A DNA stretch of 64,000 nt from Clostridiales bacterium (GTDB taxonomy: Bacteria > Bacillota > Clostridia > Oscillospirales > CAG-272): contig JAJQCT010000032.1 of NCBI GenBank assembly GCA_021202555.1, forward strand, positions 66,299-130,298. Direction: 5' to 3'. This document shows positions 47,090 to 55,820 of the stretch, piece after piece (positions within the stretch are counted from its first letter, which is position 1; each line of letters opens with the position of its first letter). The notes under the pieces were generated by a model. That model was not told the DNA's origin. It did no database searches and saw only the letters and a list, made by a program, of their open reading frames with translations. The position numbers were made by a program, and so were the translations under genes.

Positions 47090-48514
47090 ATGGATATAAA
47101 CGAGACTGTCGCGGCAATATCGACACCGCACGGAACGGGCGGGATTTCCGTTATCAGGGTATCGGGCGAGGATGCCGTCAATATCGCCTCCCGCGTCTTT
47201 GTTCCCGCGTCGGGAAAGCCGCTCCTCGCCTCGGAGCACGCCCGCGCCGGATACGGGAAAATTTACTCGCGGGGGAAGGTCATTGACGACGGGATTGCAG
47301 TCGTATTTTACGCGCCCCGCTCGTACACGGGCGAGAACGTCGTCGAGATTTCATGTCACGGCGGCATTCTTGTGACAAACCGCGTGCTTGAAGCGCTTTT
47401 TTCGGCGGGAGCGGCGCCTGCTCCGGCAGGCGAATTTACGCGGCGCGCGTTTCTGTCGGGAAAGCTGACGCTTTCCGAGGCGGAGGCTGTCGGCGACAGG
47501 CTTTACGCGCGCACGGACGCGCAGCTCTCGCTCGCCTCGCCCGAGGCGGCAGGGAGGGTTTCGCGCGCCGTATCGGGCATCGCTGAGCGCATTATGTCGC
47601 TCATCTCCTCGCTTTCCGCCGTAATTGATTATCCCGACGAAGAGCTGACCGAGACGGGACGAGAGGACGTGTCGGCGGAGTGCGAAAAAATCGGCGCAGC
47701 TCTCACATCGCTCCTTGCGACATACGATACGGGACGTGCCGTCACGCTCGGAATCGACGCGGCTATAGTCGGTCGCCCGAACGCGGGCAAAAGCACGCTT
47801 TTCAATCTTTTTGCCGGCTGCGAGCGCGCGATTGTGACAAATATTGCGGGAACGACGAGAGACGTGATAACGGAGGACGTGTCTGTTGACGGCGTGATGC
47901 TGCATATATCGGACACTGCGGGCGTTCGCGGGACGGATGACGAGATTGAGGCGCTCGGAGTTCGCCGCGCCCGCGCTGCGGCGGCGGGCGCCGAGCTTGT
48001 GATTATAGTTATCGACGCGACAGACACGAACACGTCGGCAGACGTGTCTGCGGATGTATCCACGGATATATCCGTTCTACTCGACGAGCTTGACGTGGCG
48101 GGCGGGGACAGGACAGCTCTCGCGGTAATCAACAAAACGGACGAGGCGGAGCCCTATCGCGTCGAAAAGATAAAAAAAGCGCTCGATTTGCGCGGAATTT
48201 CCTCCGTTGAGGCGTCGCTTTTGAGGGGGGAAGGGTTTGATGAGATAAAGCGCTTCATAAAGGAGCGGTTCACCGACGGGGAGCTGTCGCTCTCGGAGGA
48301 CGCGATAATCTCAAACGCGCGGATTTCGGCGGAGATTTCGGCGGCGGCTGACGGGGTGATTTCCGCCGGACGCGCGTCGTCGGCGGGAATGCCGGCGGAC
48401 ATTGTTATAACGGAGCTTGAGGGCGCATACGGGGCGCTTATGCGCGCTGACGGACGAGAGGTAACGACTGCGGTTGTGGATGAAATTTTCGGCAAATTCT
48501 GTGTAGGCAAATAA
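47090..48514 (+). CDS. mnmE: tRNA modification GTPase MnmE
   Basis: G1 GRPNAGKST, DTAG, NKTD, and a C-terminal FCVGK. Confidence 0.95.
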   Translation: MDINETVAAISTPHGTGGISVIRVSGEDAVNIASRVFVPASGKPLLASEHARAGYGKIYSRGKVIDDGIAVVFYAPRSYTGENVVEISCHGGILVTNRVLEALFSAGAAPAPAGEFTRRAFLSGKLTLSEAEAVGDRLYARTDAQLSLASPEAAGRVSRAVSGIAERIMSLISSLSAVIDYPDEELTETGREDVSAECEKIGAALTSLLATYDTGRAVTLGIDAAIVGRPNAGKSTLFNLFAGCERAIVTNIAGTTRDVITEDVSVDGVMLHISDTAGVRGTDDEIEALGVRRARAAAAGAELVIIVIDATDTNTSADVSADVSTDISVLLDELDVAGGDRTALAVINKTDEAEPYRVEKIKKALDLRGISSVEASLLRGEGFDEIKRFIKERFTDGELSLSEDAIISNARISAEISAAADGVISAGRASSAGMPADIVITELEGAYGALMRADGREVTTAVVDEIFGKFCVGK

Positions 48515-48543
48515 ATCGCGTGAGCGATTTATTTGCCTACACA
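48500..48543. repeat. 20-bp perfect-stem palindrome built from the last 15 nt of mnmE and the 5 nt that follow
   Basis: TGTGTAGGCAAATAAATCGC-gtga-GCGATTTATTTGCCTACACA. The stop TAA at 48512-48514 lies inside the left arm. Confidence 0.9.
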
Positions 48544-48550
48544 GTTAAAT

Positions 48551-48591
48551 CAAAGTAATCGTCAAGTGCTATGCACTTGACGATTACTTTG
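48551..48591. repeat. 19-bp perfect-stem palindrome, possible terminator
   Basis: CAAAGTAATCGTCAAGTGC-tat-GCACTTGACGATTACTTTG, followed by TAACTTTTT. Confidence 0.85.
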
Positions 48592-48603
48592 TAACTTTTT
48601 CAC

Positions 48604-48632
48604 TTGAAAAAAAATTATTTTTGTGCTATAAT
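48604..48632 (+). promoter_or_regulatory. promoter TTGAAA-17-TATAAT
   Basis: Upstream of the CarD-like gene. Confidence 0.6.
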
Positions 48633-48670
48633 ATAAGCGTATAAAAATAACCTTTGAAAGGGGGGCAGCC

Positions 48671-49174
48671 ATGTTTTCAATCGGAGACACCGTTATGTAC
48701 GGCGCCGACGGAGTATGTCGTATAGCTGATATTACGACGCTCGATCTTACGGGAAGCGACGAATCATATTACGTCCTAACGCCCGAATCCGAAAACGGAT
48801 CGAAAATTTTCGTTCCCACGGAAAACAGTGCTCTAACCGAACGGATTCAGCCGCTTCTCTCAAAAGATGAGATTATGGAGCTTGTCGCAAACGTCAAGCC
48901 GTGCGAGCCGTTCTGGTCGGAGAATTCCGGGGAGCGCAGACAGCGCTACAGCGAAGCCGTAAAGGGCGGGGACAGAGGCGTTCTGATTGCTATGATTCGC
49001 GAGCTTTACGAAAAGCGGAGCGGACTTTCGGGCAAGCGCAAGCGCTTTTCTGTGACGGACGAGAAATACTATAAGCTCGCGCAGAAAATCCTCTACGATG
49101 AATTTTCCCGCGTAATTCCCATGAAATTCGACGACCTTGTTCCGTTTGTATGCAAAACAGCCGCGGAAACGTGA
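48671..49174 (+). CDS. CarD/CdnL/TRCF-domain transcription factor
   Basis: MFSIGDTVMYGADGVCRI....YYVL.P......KIFVP N-terminal Tudor-like RNAP-interaction domain. Confidence 0.75.
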   Translation: MFSIGDTVMYGADGVCRIADITTLDLTGSDESYYVLTPESENGSKIFVPTENSALTERIQPLLSKDEIMELVANVKPCEPFWSENSGERRQRYSEAVKGGDRGVLIAMIRELYEKRSGLSGKRKRFSVTDEKYYKLAQKILYDEFSRVIPMKFDDLVPFVCKTAAET

Positions 49175-49188
49175 AGCGGTGAAGTCAC

Positions 49189-49223
49189 AGTGTTCTCTAA
49201 ATGCTCCGCATTTAGAGAACACT
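49189..49223 (+). terminator. hairpin AGTGTTCTCTAAATGC-tcc-GCATTTAGAGAACACT
   Basis: 16-bp perfect stem after the CarD-like gene. Confidence 0.6.
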
Positions 49224-49358
49224 TTGTGTCTTAAAAGGAAATTTTCGCGGCAGGGGTTGAAATCAAACGGTTTTTGTGGTAAAATGGACTGAAGGGATTA
49301 TAAGATTGCCCCTCGGCGCTTAAAGCCCAAAGAAAATGAAAGGAAAAGGAATTTGATT

Positions 49359-50084
49359 ATGGAGGAAAATGAACTGCTCAGACGGGCGAAATACTATATG
49401 GACTGCTTGGCGTCGGGCGTAAATCCGATAACTGAAAAGCCGTTTGAGGACGTGAAGGAGCTTGACGATCCGCGGTTCGCAAAGTGCTTTTCGTTTATAT
49501 CGGGGGCGCTGTGGAGCAAAATGTCGGGCTTTGGCGGAGGGTCGCAGAGGCGCTCCGAGAGGGAAATCATGCCGTCGCGCGAGAAATTCAGCCTGACGGA
49601 GGAACAGAAGGCGAGCGTGACGATTTCCGACGATTATGTCGGAATAAACACTGTCGCGGCGCATATCAATGAGGTTATAGACCAGAACCGTATGTACGGC
49701 GTATCGGGCGGAAAGCTCGCCGAAAGCCTTGTCGCACTCGGCTTTCTTTCGGTGACGGACGCGCCCGATGGAAGTCATATCCGCACGGCGACCGAAAAGG
49801 GAACCGTTGCGGGCATAATGACGGTGCAGCGCCTTGACGCGCTCGGCAGGGATTTCAGGCAGAATGTGTACAGTCCCGAAATGCAGCGCTATATTGTTGA
49901 CAATATCGAGAGCATTATCGAGGAAGGGCAGATTCGCAAGCGCGCGGCTGCTGCCGCAGCGAAGGCTGAGGAGGCGTCGGGAGACATTTTTGACGGCGCA
50001 GAGGGCGCTGATGAGAGCAGCGAAAAGGAAACCACACAATCGGAGGCTCCGAGCGAGGAAACGGAAACGGGTCTTTTATTCTGA
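49359..50084 (+). CDS. hypothetical protein (241 aa, acidic C-terminal tail)
   Basis: ATG with a GAAAGGAAAAGG RBS. No motif recognised. Confidence 0.55.
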   Translation: MEENELLRRAKYYMDCLASGVNPITEKPFEDVKELDDPRFAKCFSFISGALWSKMSGFGGGSQRRSEREIMPSREKFSLTEEQKASVTISDDYVGINTVAAHINEVIDQNRMYGVSGGKLAESLVALGFLSVTDAPDGSHIRTATEKGTVAGIMTVQRLDALGRDFRQNVYSPEMQRYIVDNIESIIEEGQIRKRAAAAAAKAEEASGDIFDGAEGADESSEKETTQSEAPSEETETGLLF

Positions 50085-50098
50085 AAAATCGCATAATT

Positions 50099-50140
50099 CA
50101 GGCGGCGGTCGCTCATTTTGCGACCGCCGCCTGTTTTTTT
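50099..50140 (+). terminator. intrinsic terminator CAGGCGGCGGTCGC-N7-GCGACCGCCGCCTG plus T7
   Basis: Read directly. Confidence 0.85.
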
Positions 50141-50149
50141 GCCTGTATT

Positions 50150-50902
50150 TTAAGAGAGAAGCTCGTCCGCGTATGTATCGACCATTAAAAACCACCAGTT
50201 CCAGTCGTGATTCACGTCAAATCCCCAGTAGTTGATGCTCGCGCGTATGCCCTTTTCGGCAAGCACGCGGTCAAGACGGCGTGTACTTGCGAGCGTCTGC
50301 TCCTCCCACGCGCCCTGACCGACCGCGGCGATGATTTTCCGCTCGCCGTAAATTTTAATATACGGATGCTCCGCCGGCATTCCCGAAAGATAGACTGCGG
50401 GGGAGTTATTATAGAGTATGTCGTCCATGTAATCGCCGAAATAATAGCCCGAATCGAATACGCCCGAAAGCGCAAGAGTGCCGCGGAATATGTCGGGACG
50501 GCGGAAGAAGAAATTCGCCGCGTGAAGCCCGCCGAGCGAGCAGCCGAACGTGCATATCATGCTGTCGTACCCGTTCATTCTTCGCGATATTTCCTTTATT
50601 TTCGGTACGGTTTCAGAGATTACGGAGTTATACCACCTCTCGTGCTGCTCCGTGCGTCGGCGCGGATTGCCGTTTGCGTCGGCGTATGTCTCGTTGTCGA
50701 TTGTGTCAATGCTGAAAATTGTGCATTTTCCCGCCTCGATTCTGCCGCGCCAGCAGTCGAGCATACCGAAATTCTCAAAATCGTAAAACCGCCCGCCCTG
50801 ACAGGGGATGAAAAGCACGGGGACGCCGCCCCAGCCGTATACCTTGAATTCGACCTCGCGCGACAAAATGTCGCTTTCATACTTGTAATACTCGGTATTC
50901 AT
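50150..50902 (-). CDS. esterase-family alpha/beta hydrolase
   Basis: GCSLGG nucleophile elbow. Start at MNTEYYKY, 1 nt after the murD stop. Confidence 0.7.
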   Translation of the reverse strand: MNTEYYKYESDILSREVEFKVYGWGGVPVLFIPCQGGRFYDFENFGMLDCWRGRIEAGKCTIFSIDTIDNETYADANGNPRRRTEQHERWYNSVISETVPKIKEISRRMNGYDSMICTFGCSLGGLHAANFFFRRPDIFRGTLALSGVFDSGYYFGDYMDDILYNNSPAVYLSGMPAEHPYIKIYGERKIIAAVGQGAWEEQTLASTRRLDRVLAEKGIRASINYWGFDVNHDWNWWFLMVDTYADELLS

Positions 50903-50903
50903 G

Positions 50904-52340
50904 TTATTCTCCGTCCTCGCTCGCAAGACCGTTTACAATCGATTTATAAAATCGCCCGCGCTCCTCGAAATTTTTGAATCTGTCAAAGCTTGCCGCGGCG
51001 GGGGAGAGCAGCACCGTGTCGGCGTAAAGGCGCTTTGCGTTTTCAGACGCGGAAATTACAGCCTCCTCAAAGTCGCCGATAATTTCAAACGGGGGCAGCG
51101 TGCCGCGAAAATCAGCGAATGCGTCAGCCATCAGCTCCGAGGTCGCGCCCGTGAGGGTGACGGAAACGACGCCGCCGTGAGCCGAAATCGCCTCCGCGAG
51201 GGGTTTCATCGGTATATGCTTGTCGTAGCCGCCGCATATGAGCGAGATTTTGCGGTCGGGGAGCGCCGAGAGAGCCGCCGCCGTGCGCGTCGGCGTCGAA
51301 TCGATGCTGCCGTTATAATACGTTATCCCGTCAAGCTCGCGCACAAATTCGAGCCTGTGCTCAACGCCGCCGAATTCGGGCGCGAGCCTCTCCATTGCAG
51401 ACACAAGCGCGTCAGGGCTTAAAAGCGCGCTTGCAAGCGCCGCTGCCGTCATGTAATTTTCGACGTTGTGAGCGCCGGGAAGCTTTATTTTTTTGCGCAC
51501 TATTATCGGAATTTCCTCCCCGCCGCGCCGCAGCGTGATAACGCCGTCCTTAAGATATACGGCGTCAAGCCCTCTCGGAATCTCGCGCTTTGCGGAAAAG
51601 AAGATTATGTCCGCTCCCGTGAGCGACGCCGCCTCCCTTGTGTCCCCGCAGCCGTAATTCAGCACCGCTGTCCTGCACCCCGAGCCGAGTATATTATATT
51701 TTGCGTTCCTGTATTCGTCCATTCCCGTGTGCCAGTTTAAGTGATTCGGCGTGATGTTCGTTATTGCCGCGACCTCGGGCGCTTTTTTCATCGTCATGAG
51801 CTGAAAGCTCGAAAGCTCCGTCACGGCAATATCAGCGGATGTCATTTTTTCGACCTCGGGCAGAAGCGGCGCGCCGATGTTGCCGCCGAGCCATACTTTG
51901 CCCTCGCTCCCCTCGCCCGCGAGCGAGAGCAGCTTATGCGTTATTGTCGTCGTCGTCGTTTTGCCGTCGCTTCCCGTAATTCCGACTGTGCGGGCGGGCG
52001 TCATTTCATAGAAAAGCTCCATTTCGGAGGATAAAACTGCGCCGCGCCGCACGGCGGACGAAAGCTCGCCCGCGTCGGGGCGTATTCCGGGCGTGCGGAA
52101 TATCACTTCATTGCCAAAGTCCGAAAGATAGCAATCTCCCGTTATCACCTTTACGCTGCGCGAGATGAGCGCAGCCTCATCCTCGATGGGCTTTGCGTCG
52201 CGGACTGTCACCTTTATTCCGCACGCGAGCAGAAATTCGAGCAGCGGGCGGTTTGATATTCCAAACCCGACAACAGCCGCGCCCCGCTCGCGGCATATTT
52301 CAAGCGTTTTGCATTCATTTGCCATATATCTATACCTCAT
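50904..52340 (-). CDS. murD: UDP-N-acetylmuramoylalanine--D-glutamate ligase
   Basis: GITGSDGKTTTT P-loop. Mur ligase middle and C-terminal domains. Confidence 0.92.
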   Translation of the reverse strand: MRYRYMANECKTLEICRERGAAVVGFGISNRPLLEFLLACGIKVTVRDAKPIEDEAALISRSVKVITGDCYLSDFGNEVIFRTPGIRPDAGELSSAVRRGAVLSSEMELFYEMTPARTVGITGSDGKTTTTTITHKLLSLAGEGSEGKVWLGGNIGAPLLPEVEKMTSADIAVTELSSFQLMTMKKAPEVAAITNITPNHLNWHTGMDEYRNAKYNILGSGCRTAVLNYGCGDTREAASLTGADIIFFSAKREIPRGLDAVYLKDGVITLRRGGEEIPIIVRKKIKLPGAHNVENYMTAAALASALLSPDALVSAMERLAPEFGGVEHRLEFVRELDGITYYNGSIDSTPTRTAAALSALPDRKISLICGGYDKHIPMKPLAEAISAHGGVVSVTLTGATSELMADAFADFRGTLPPFEIIGDFEEAVISASENAKRLYADTVLLSPAAASFDRFKNFEERGRFYKSIVNGLASEDGE

Positions 52341-52374
52341 AAGTAGATTATATCATAAAAGTGCGCTAAACCGC

Positions 52375-52645
52375 AAATATTCAATGAAAAACATAGATTT
52401 TCATTGAATATTTGACAGACTTGACGATGCAAGCTGTGCTTGCATCGTCAATGTCTTGCGCTGTACCGTGAATATTGCGCTGCGCGCAATATTCATCAAC
52501 TTGCAGAATGAATCTGCGATTCATTCTGCAATGTTGTGTTATCATAAATTGAGCGGAAAACCGTGAATATTTTCCGCGAATCACAGATTCGCGGAAAATA
52601 TTCATCAACTTGAACAACAAAGCTATGCTTTGTTGTTCAATGTTG
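52375..52645. repeat. type-2 nested palindrome array (lead hairpins plus two full double units)
   Basis: Hairpins at 52375-52413 and 52417-52456. Units at 52468-52536 and 52563-52645. Confidence 0.85.
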
Positions 52646-52647
52646 TG

Positions 52648-52845
52648 TTAGTTTTGTTTCTGTACGCTTTTATATTCGTCATAGAAGCGGAAATACGGGC
52701 ATTCGCGCGAGCCGGCGCGTCCGACACGCTCCGATTCGTCCTCGTCAAGCGTAATCATGCATCCGTATTCCTCTGTTTCCTCATCAAAATCGTACCATTC
52801 GCAGTCCTCACAGCGAACTGTGCGTTTTTTCTTTTGCTTCACCAT
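52648..52845 (-). CDS. small acidic Cys-rich (zinc-ribbon-like) protein
   Basis: CEDCEWYDFDEETEEYGC ... RECPYF. GAGG RBS. Confidence 0.6.
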   Translation of the reverse strand: MVKQKKKRTVRCEDCEWYDFDEETEEYGCMITLDEDESERVGRAGSRECPYFRFYDEYKSVQKQN

Positions 52846-52944
52846 AAAAATCGCCTCGTTAAATTGAGTGTGTCGCAGTGAATATTTTACCTCACAAGAA
52901 CCGATTTGTCAATCGGCATTGTGTGAAATTTCGTGGCTATTAAA

Positions 52945-52980
52945 AACTGTTGACCCCAAACGCGCAGTGTTTGGGGTCAA
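52945..52980 (-). terminator. intrinsic terminator TTGACCCCAAAC-N6-TGTTTGGGGTCAA
   Basis: T-rich on the - strand after the stem. Downstream of the lipoprotein gene. Confidence 0.7.
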
Positions 52981-52988
52981 AGTGTGCT

Positions 52989-53612
52989 TTATTCCTCTGT
53001 GATGTTCCACTCGACTTCAAGCTCGCCGAGCTCGTACCCTTCTATGTCCGCTTTCGCGACCTCTGCGGTGATATACCAGTAAACTATGTCAGTCGTTGAA
53101 TCTCCGCCAAAATTCATCAGGATAACAGGAGTGAGTTTTGAATCCTTAATCACAATATGCGTCAGTCCGTCGGTATCGGTTGAGCTTGCACCCGGAATCT
53201 CAATAATTAAAAGCGATTTTTCTTCAAAGAAATCTTCATTATAGTCAAGAGAAACATACGACGAAATTTCTTCCCATTTTTCACTCGATTCTATAATCGA
53301 CAGGTGCGCAGTTACTGAATAGCTGTCATAATTTACAGTATACGACTCATCAAACAATGCCGTTCCGTCCTCATTGCTGTTTCTTACGGAGGCGTTTTCA
53401 AAATTTATCGATTCGTATTCAGCGTATGAGTCCTCGGTCGTCTCATCTTCAGTGGCTTCAGTTTCAGTATCTGAAGATGTGTCGGACACGGTATCAGCCT
53501 CGCCGTTTAACGTATCATCCGTGTCACTGTCCACACTGTCCGCGCATGAAATAACGCAGATGCAAAGCGTAAGGCAAATAAGCATAAGTATCAGTTTTTT
53601 CATGATAATCAC
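52989..53612 (-). CDS. hypothetical lipoprotein, low-GC
   Basis: Lipobox VISCAD. Acidic Ser/Thr/Asp linker. 9 nt downstream of the S8 gene. Confidence 0.6.
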   Translation of the reverse strand: MIIMKKLILMLICLTLCICVISCADSVDSDTDDTLNGEADTVSDTSSDTETEATEDETTEDSYAEYESINFENASVRNSNEDGTALFDESYTVNYDSYSVTAHLSIIESSEKWEEISSYVSLDYNEDFFEEKSLLIIEIPGASSTDTDGLTHIVIKDSKLTPVILMNFGGDSTTDIVYWYITAEVAKADIEGYELGELEVEWNITEE

Positions 53613-53621
53613 CTCCAGATA

Positions 53622-55388
53622 TTATTCCGTTACCCAAGTGACTGCTACATAGTCGGTGTAAGAATTTGCTTTTTCACCGCTTTGGTATAGCTTAACTTTC
53701 AATGTTGAGTACGACGAATTAGAATAGTTAATATACTCAATGTTAAACGCCGTGCTTCCATACGAAAGAATCGTTCCGCCTGTGGTAGTCAAATTTATAT
53801 AATAATTTGTGAAATTATTAAGAACGACTGTGTCAGATGAACTTTGAGTCATAGAATTTGTCAACCAAAAAGCTACCACTTTAACTCTGGTTCCAGTTGA
53901 AACAGAGGCGGTCTTTGTTGCTCTCAAACCAGTATAATCGGTATTAAACGTGTATGTAGAACAATTTGCCACTGCTTCACGGGCTTTTTCGTAATCGATA
54001 ATGCCCGCACCTGCATAAATATCCCACGAATTGCTTTGACCTGTTACCGGAGTTGCAGAAGCAATTAATGCTGCCATCACTATTTCAGGGTATAGTTTTA
54101 GCGATGGAGTTTCACACATCAATTTTGCAACCACGCCCGCTACCATTGGTGCGGCATAACTCGTTCCTGAACCGAGATTAGTTCCACTTATGGTGATTTT
54201 TGTGCCAGGCGCAGACACGGTTGGCTTTCTCGTATAAATACCGCTTTGAGTGCCGTATGAGGAATATGTACTTATATTGCCCAAACTATCTGTTGCAGCA
54301 ACTGCAATTACATTATATCCCATACCATAATTGCTCGTATAGTGCTCATATTCTTCATTGACACCGGTATTTCCTGCTGAATTTACATATGTCACAAACA
54401 AAAGTCCAACGTAATAATCAAGAACGGCACTTGTCCAATGATATTGTCCTTCAAGTCCCAAAGTACTACGACTCGAATTTATGACATCGCATTCGTTGTC
54501 TGTAAGCCAATCCATACCTGAAACAAGATAACTCGTACTTTTTGCATAATAAACATAAACCTCATCAACTCCAGGCGCCACACCATTTGTGCCGCATAGA
54601 ATCCGAGCTACTGCTGTCGCATGGTCGCTAATGACGGAACTGCTGGCATATATGGTTAAGTTGTTCAAGTCATCGTTCTCACTCGATGTCGTAACCCCTC
54701 CAGCTTCAATTATTCCAACAGTAACTCCCTTTCCGTTAGATGTTGTACTAGAAGCATTAATATCAGAAATGGCATCTGAAATTTGATACTTTGAAGCGCT
54801 GCTCGAACTTACTCTTGTAGCTGAGTCATCTCCATATTCTACAGGAATGGTTATATCTATCGCAGACACTTCATCACATTCTGCGATAGCAATTATGTCC
54901 GAAAAGTAATCCGTGTAATCAACGTAGCTTTCAAAAGAGATTTGTACAAACGGGGAATAAATGCTTGCATATACGGTATAATCGTCTGAATCAACAGATA
55001 TTCCGTTCTCTTCAATAAAAGCCTTGTTTGCAGCGGTGTTTGCATCCTTAACCTTTGCATGGTATGCGGCTTTTACAGCATTAACCTCCTCGTGTGTTGA
55101 TTCAAGCGTTAAGCTTTCTCTTCCCGAAGAATCGACTTCGGGATATTCAAGCTCAAATATAACGTCAACCGAATCGGTCGATGCCATGTTTGCGTCAAAT
55201 GTTTCCGAATCATCGGTCAGCGCAAGTGCGCCGTCCGAATCTTTATAGTAATATCGAATTTTGGGCAGATCGCTGTCTGCCGTTTCGTCAGTCTCCGTCG
55301 TTGTGGTATATTCCGCAATGCAGATGACACCAACAAAGCACGCGAGCAAGAGTGACATAGCCAGCAATAAAGAAATTGCTTTTTTCAT
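53622..55388 (-). CDS. secreted S8 (subtilisin-like) serine peptidase, low-GC
   Basis: Signal peptide. DHATAVA (His), SAGNTG (oxyanion Asn), GTSYAAPMVAG (Ser). Start at MKKAISLL, which has a perfect AAGGAGG RBS. Confidence 0.8.
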   Translation of the reverse strand: MKKAISLLLAMSLLLACFVGVICIAEYTTTTETDETADSDLPKIRYYYKDSDGALALTDDSETFDANMASTDSVDVIFELEYPEVDSSGRESLTLESTHEEVNAVKAAYHAKVKDANTAANKAFIEENGISVDSDDYTVYASIYSPFVQISFESYVDYTDYFSDIIAIAECDEVSAIDITIPVEYGDDSATRVSSSSASKYQISDAISDINASSTTSNGKGVTVGIIEAGGVTTSSENDDLNNLTIYASSSVISDHATAVARILCGTNGVAPGVDEVYVYYAKSTSYLVSGMDWLTDNECDVINSSRSTLGLEGQYHWTSAVLDYYVGLLFVTYVNSAGNTGVNEEYEHYTSNYGMGYNVIAVAATDSLGNISTYSSYGTQSGIYTRKPTVSAPGTKITISGTNLGSGTSYAAPMVAGVVAKLMCETPSLKLYPEIVMAALIASATPVTGQSNSWDIYAGAGIIDYEKAREAVANCSTYTFNTDYTGLRATKTASVSTGTRVKVVAFWLTNSMTQSSSDTVVLNNFTNYYINLTTTGGTILSYGSTAFNIEYINYSNSSYSTLKVKLYQSGEKANSYTDYVAVTWVTE

Positions 55389-55563
55389 GGGTTTATCCTC
55401 CTTATCAATAAATTTTAGCTGTGTCAAGCAATACTGTTCGCGTTCAGCCATGAAACCGCTCGTTTTGCGGTTCACGGCGTTTAACTGCGGAAAAGAAGAT
55501 GATACCGTATCCTTTCAGCTATATTTTTCATTTTATTGCCCCTCCGTTGTTCTTTCTGGTTAT

Positions 55564-55592
55564 ATTATACACTGCAATTTGCTTCTTGTCAA
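55564..55592 (-). promoter_or_regulatory. promoter for the S8 gene (TTGACA-17-TATAAT on the - strand)
   Basis: Complement of tgtcaa at 55587-55592 and attata at 55564-55569. Confidence 0.6.
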
Positions 55593-55791
55593 GCGTTTTT
55601 TGAATAAAAATTCCGCAAAAATCCGACTTTTTGTGCGAAAAATAAAAATTTTCGTAAAAGGCAGGCTTTTCCTTGCCGGCATATTATGCGTCAAACTGCA
55701 AATATTCGATTTTGGGTGCAGAACCATTCAAATCCCGAAGGTAAGCGAGGGGAGCTTTGTTTTAACCATATGTAAATTTTACATCATGCTC

Positions 55792-55820
55792 TTGATTTTA
55801 TGCGCAGCTTTTGATATACT
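55792..55820 (+). promoter_or_regulatory. promoter TTGATT-17-TATACT
   Basis: Upstream of the LRR lipoprotein gene. Confidence 0.45.

Noticed and set aside
52375-52645. Whether the type-2 palindromes are integron attC sites or IS200/IS605 ends
   Set aside because: The outer motifs do not fit RYYYAAC/GTTRRRY. No gene cassettes lie between the copies. No integrase or TnpA/TnpB gene is in the window. A trans-acting enzyme elsewhere in the genome cannot be excluded.
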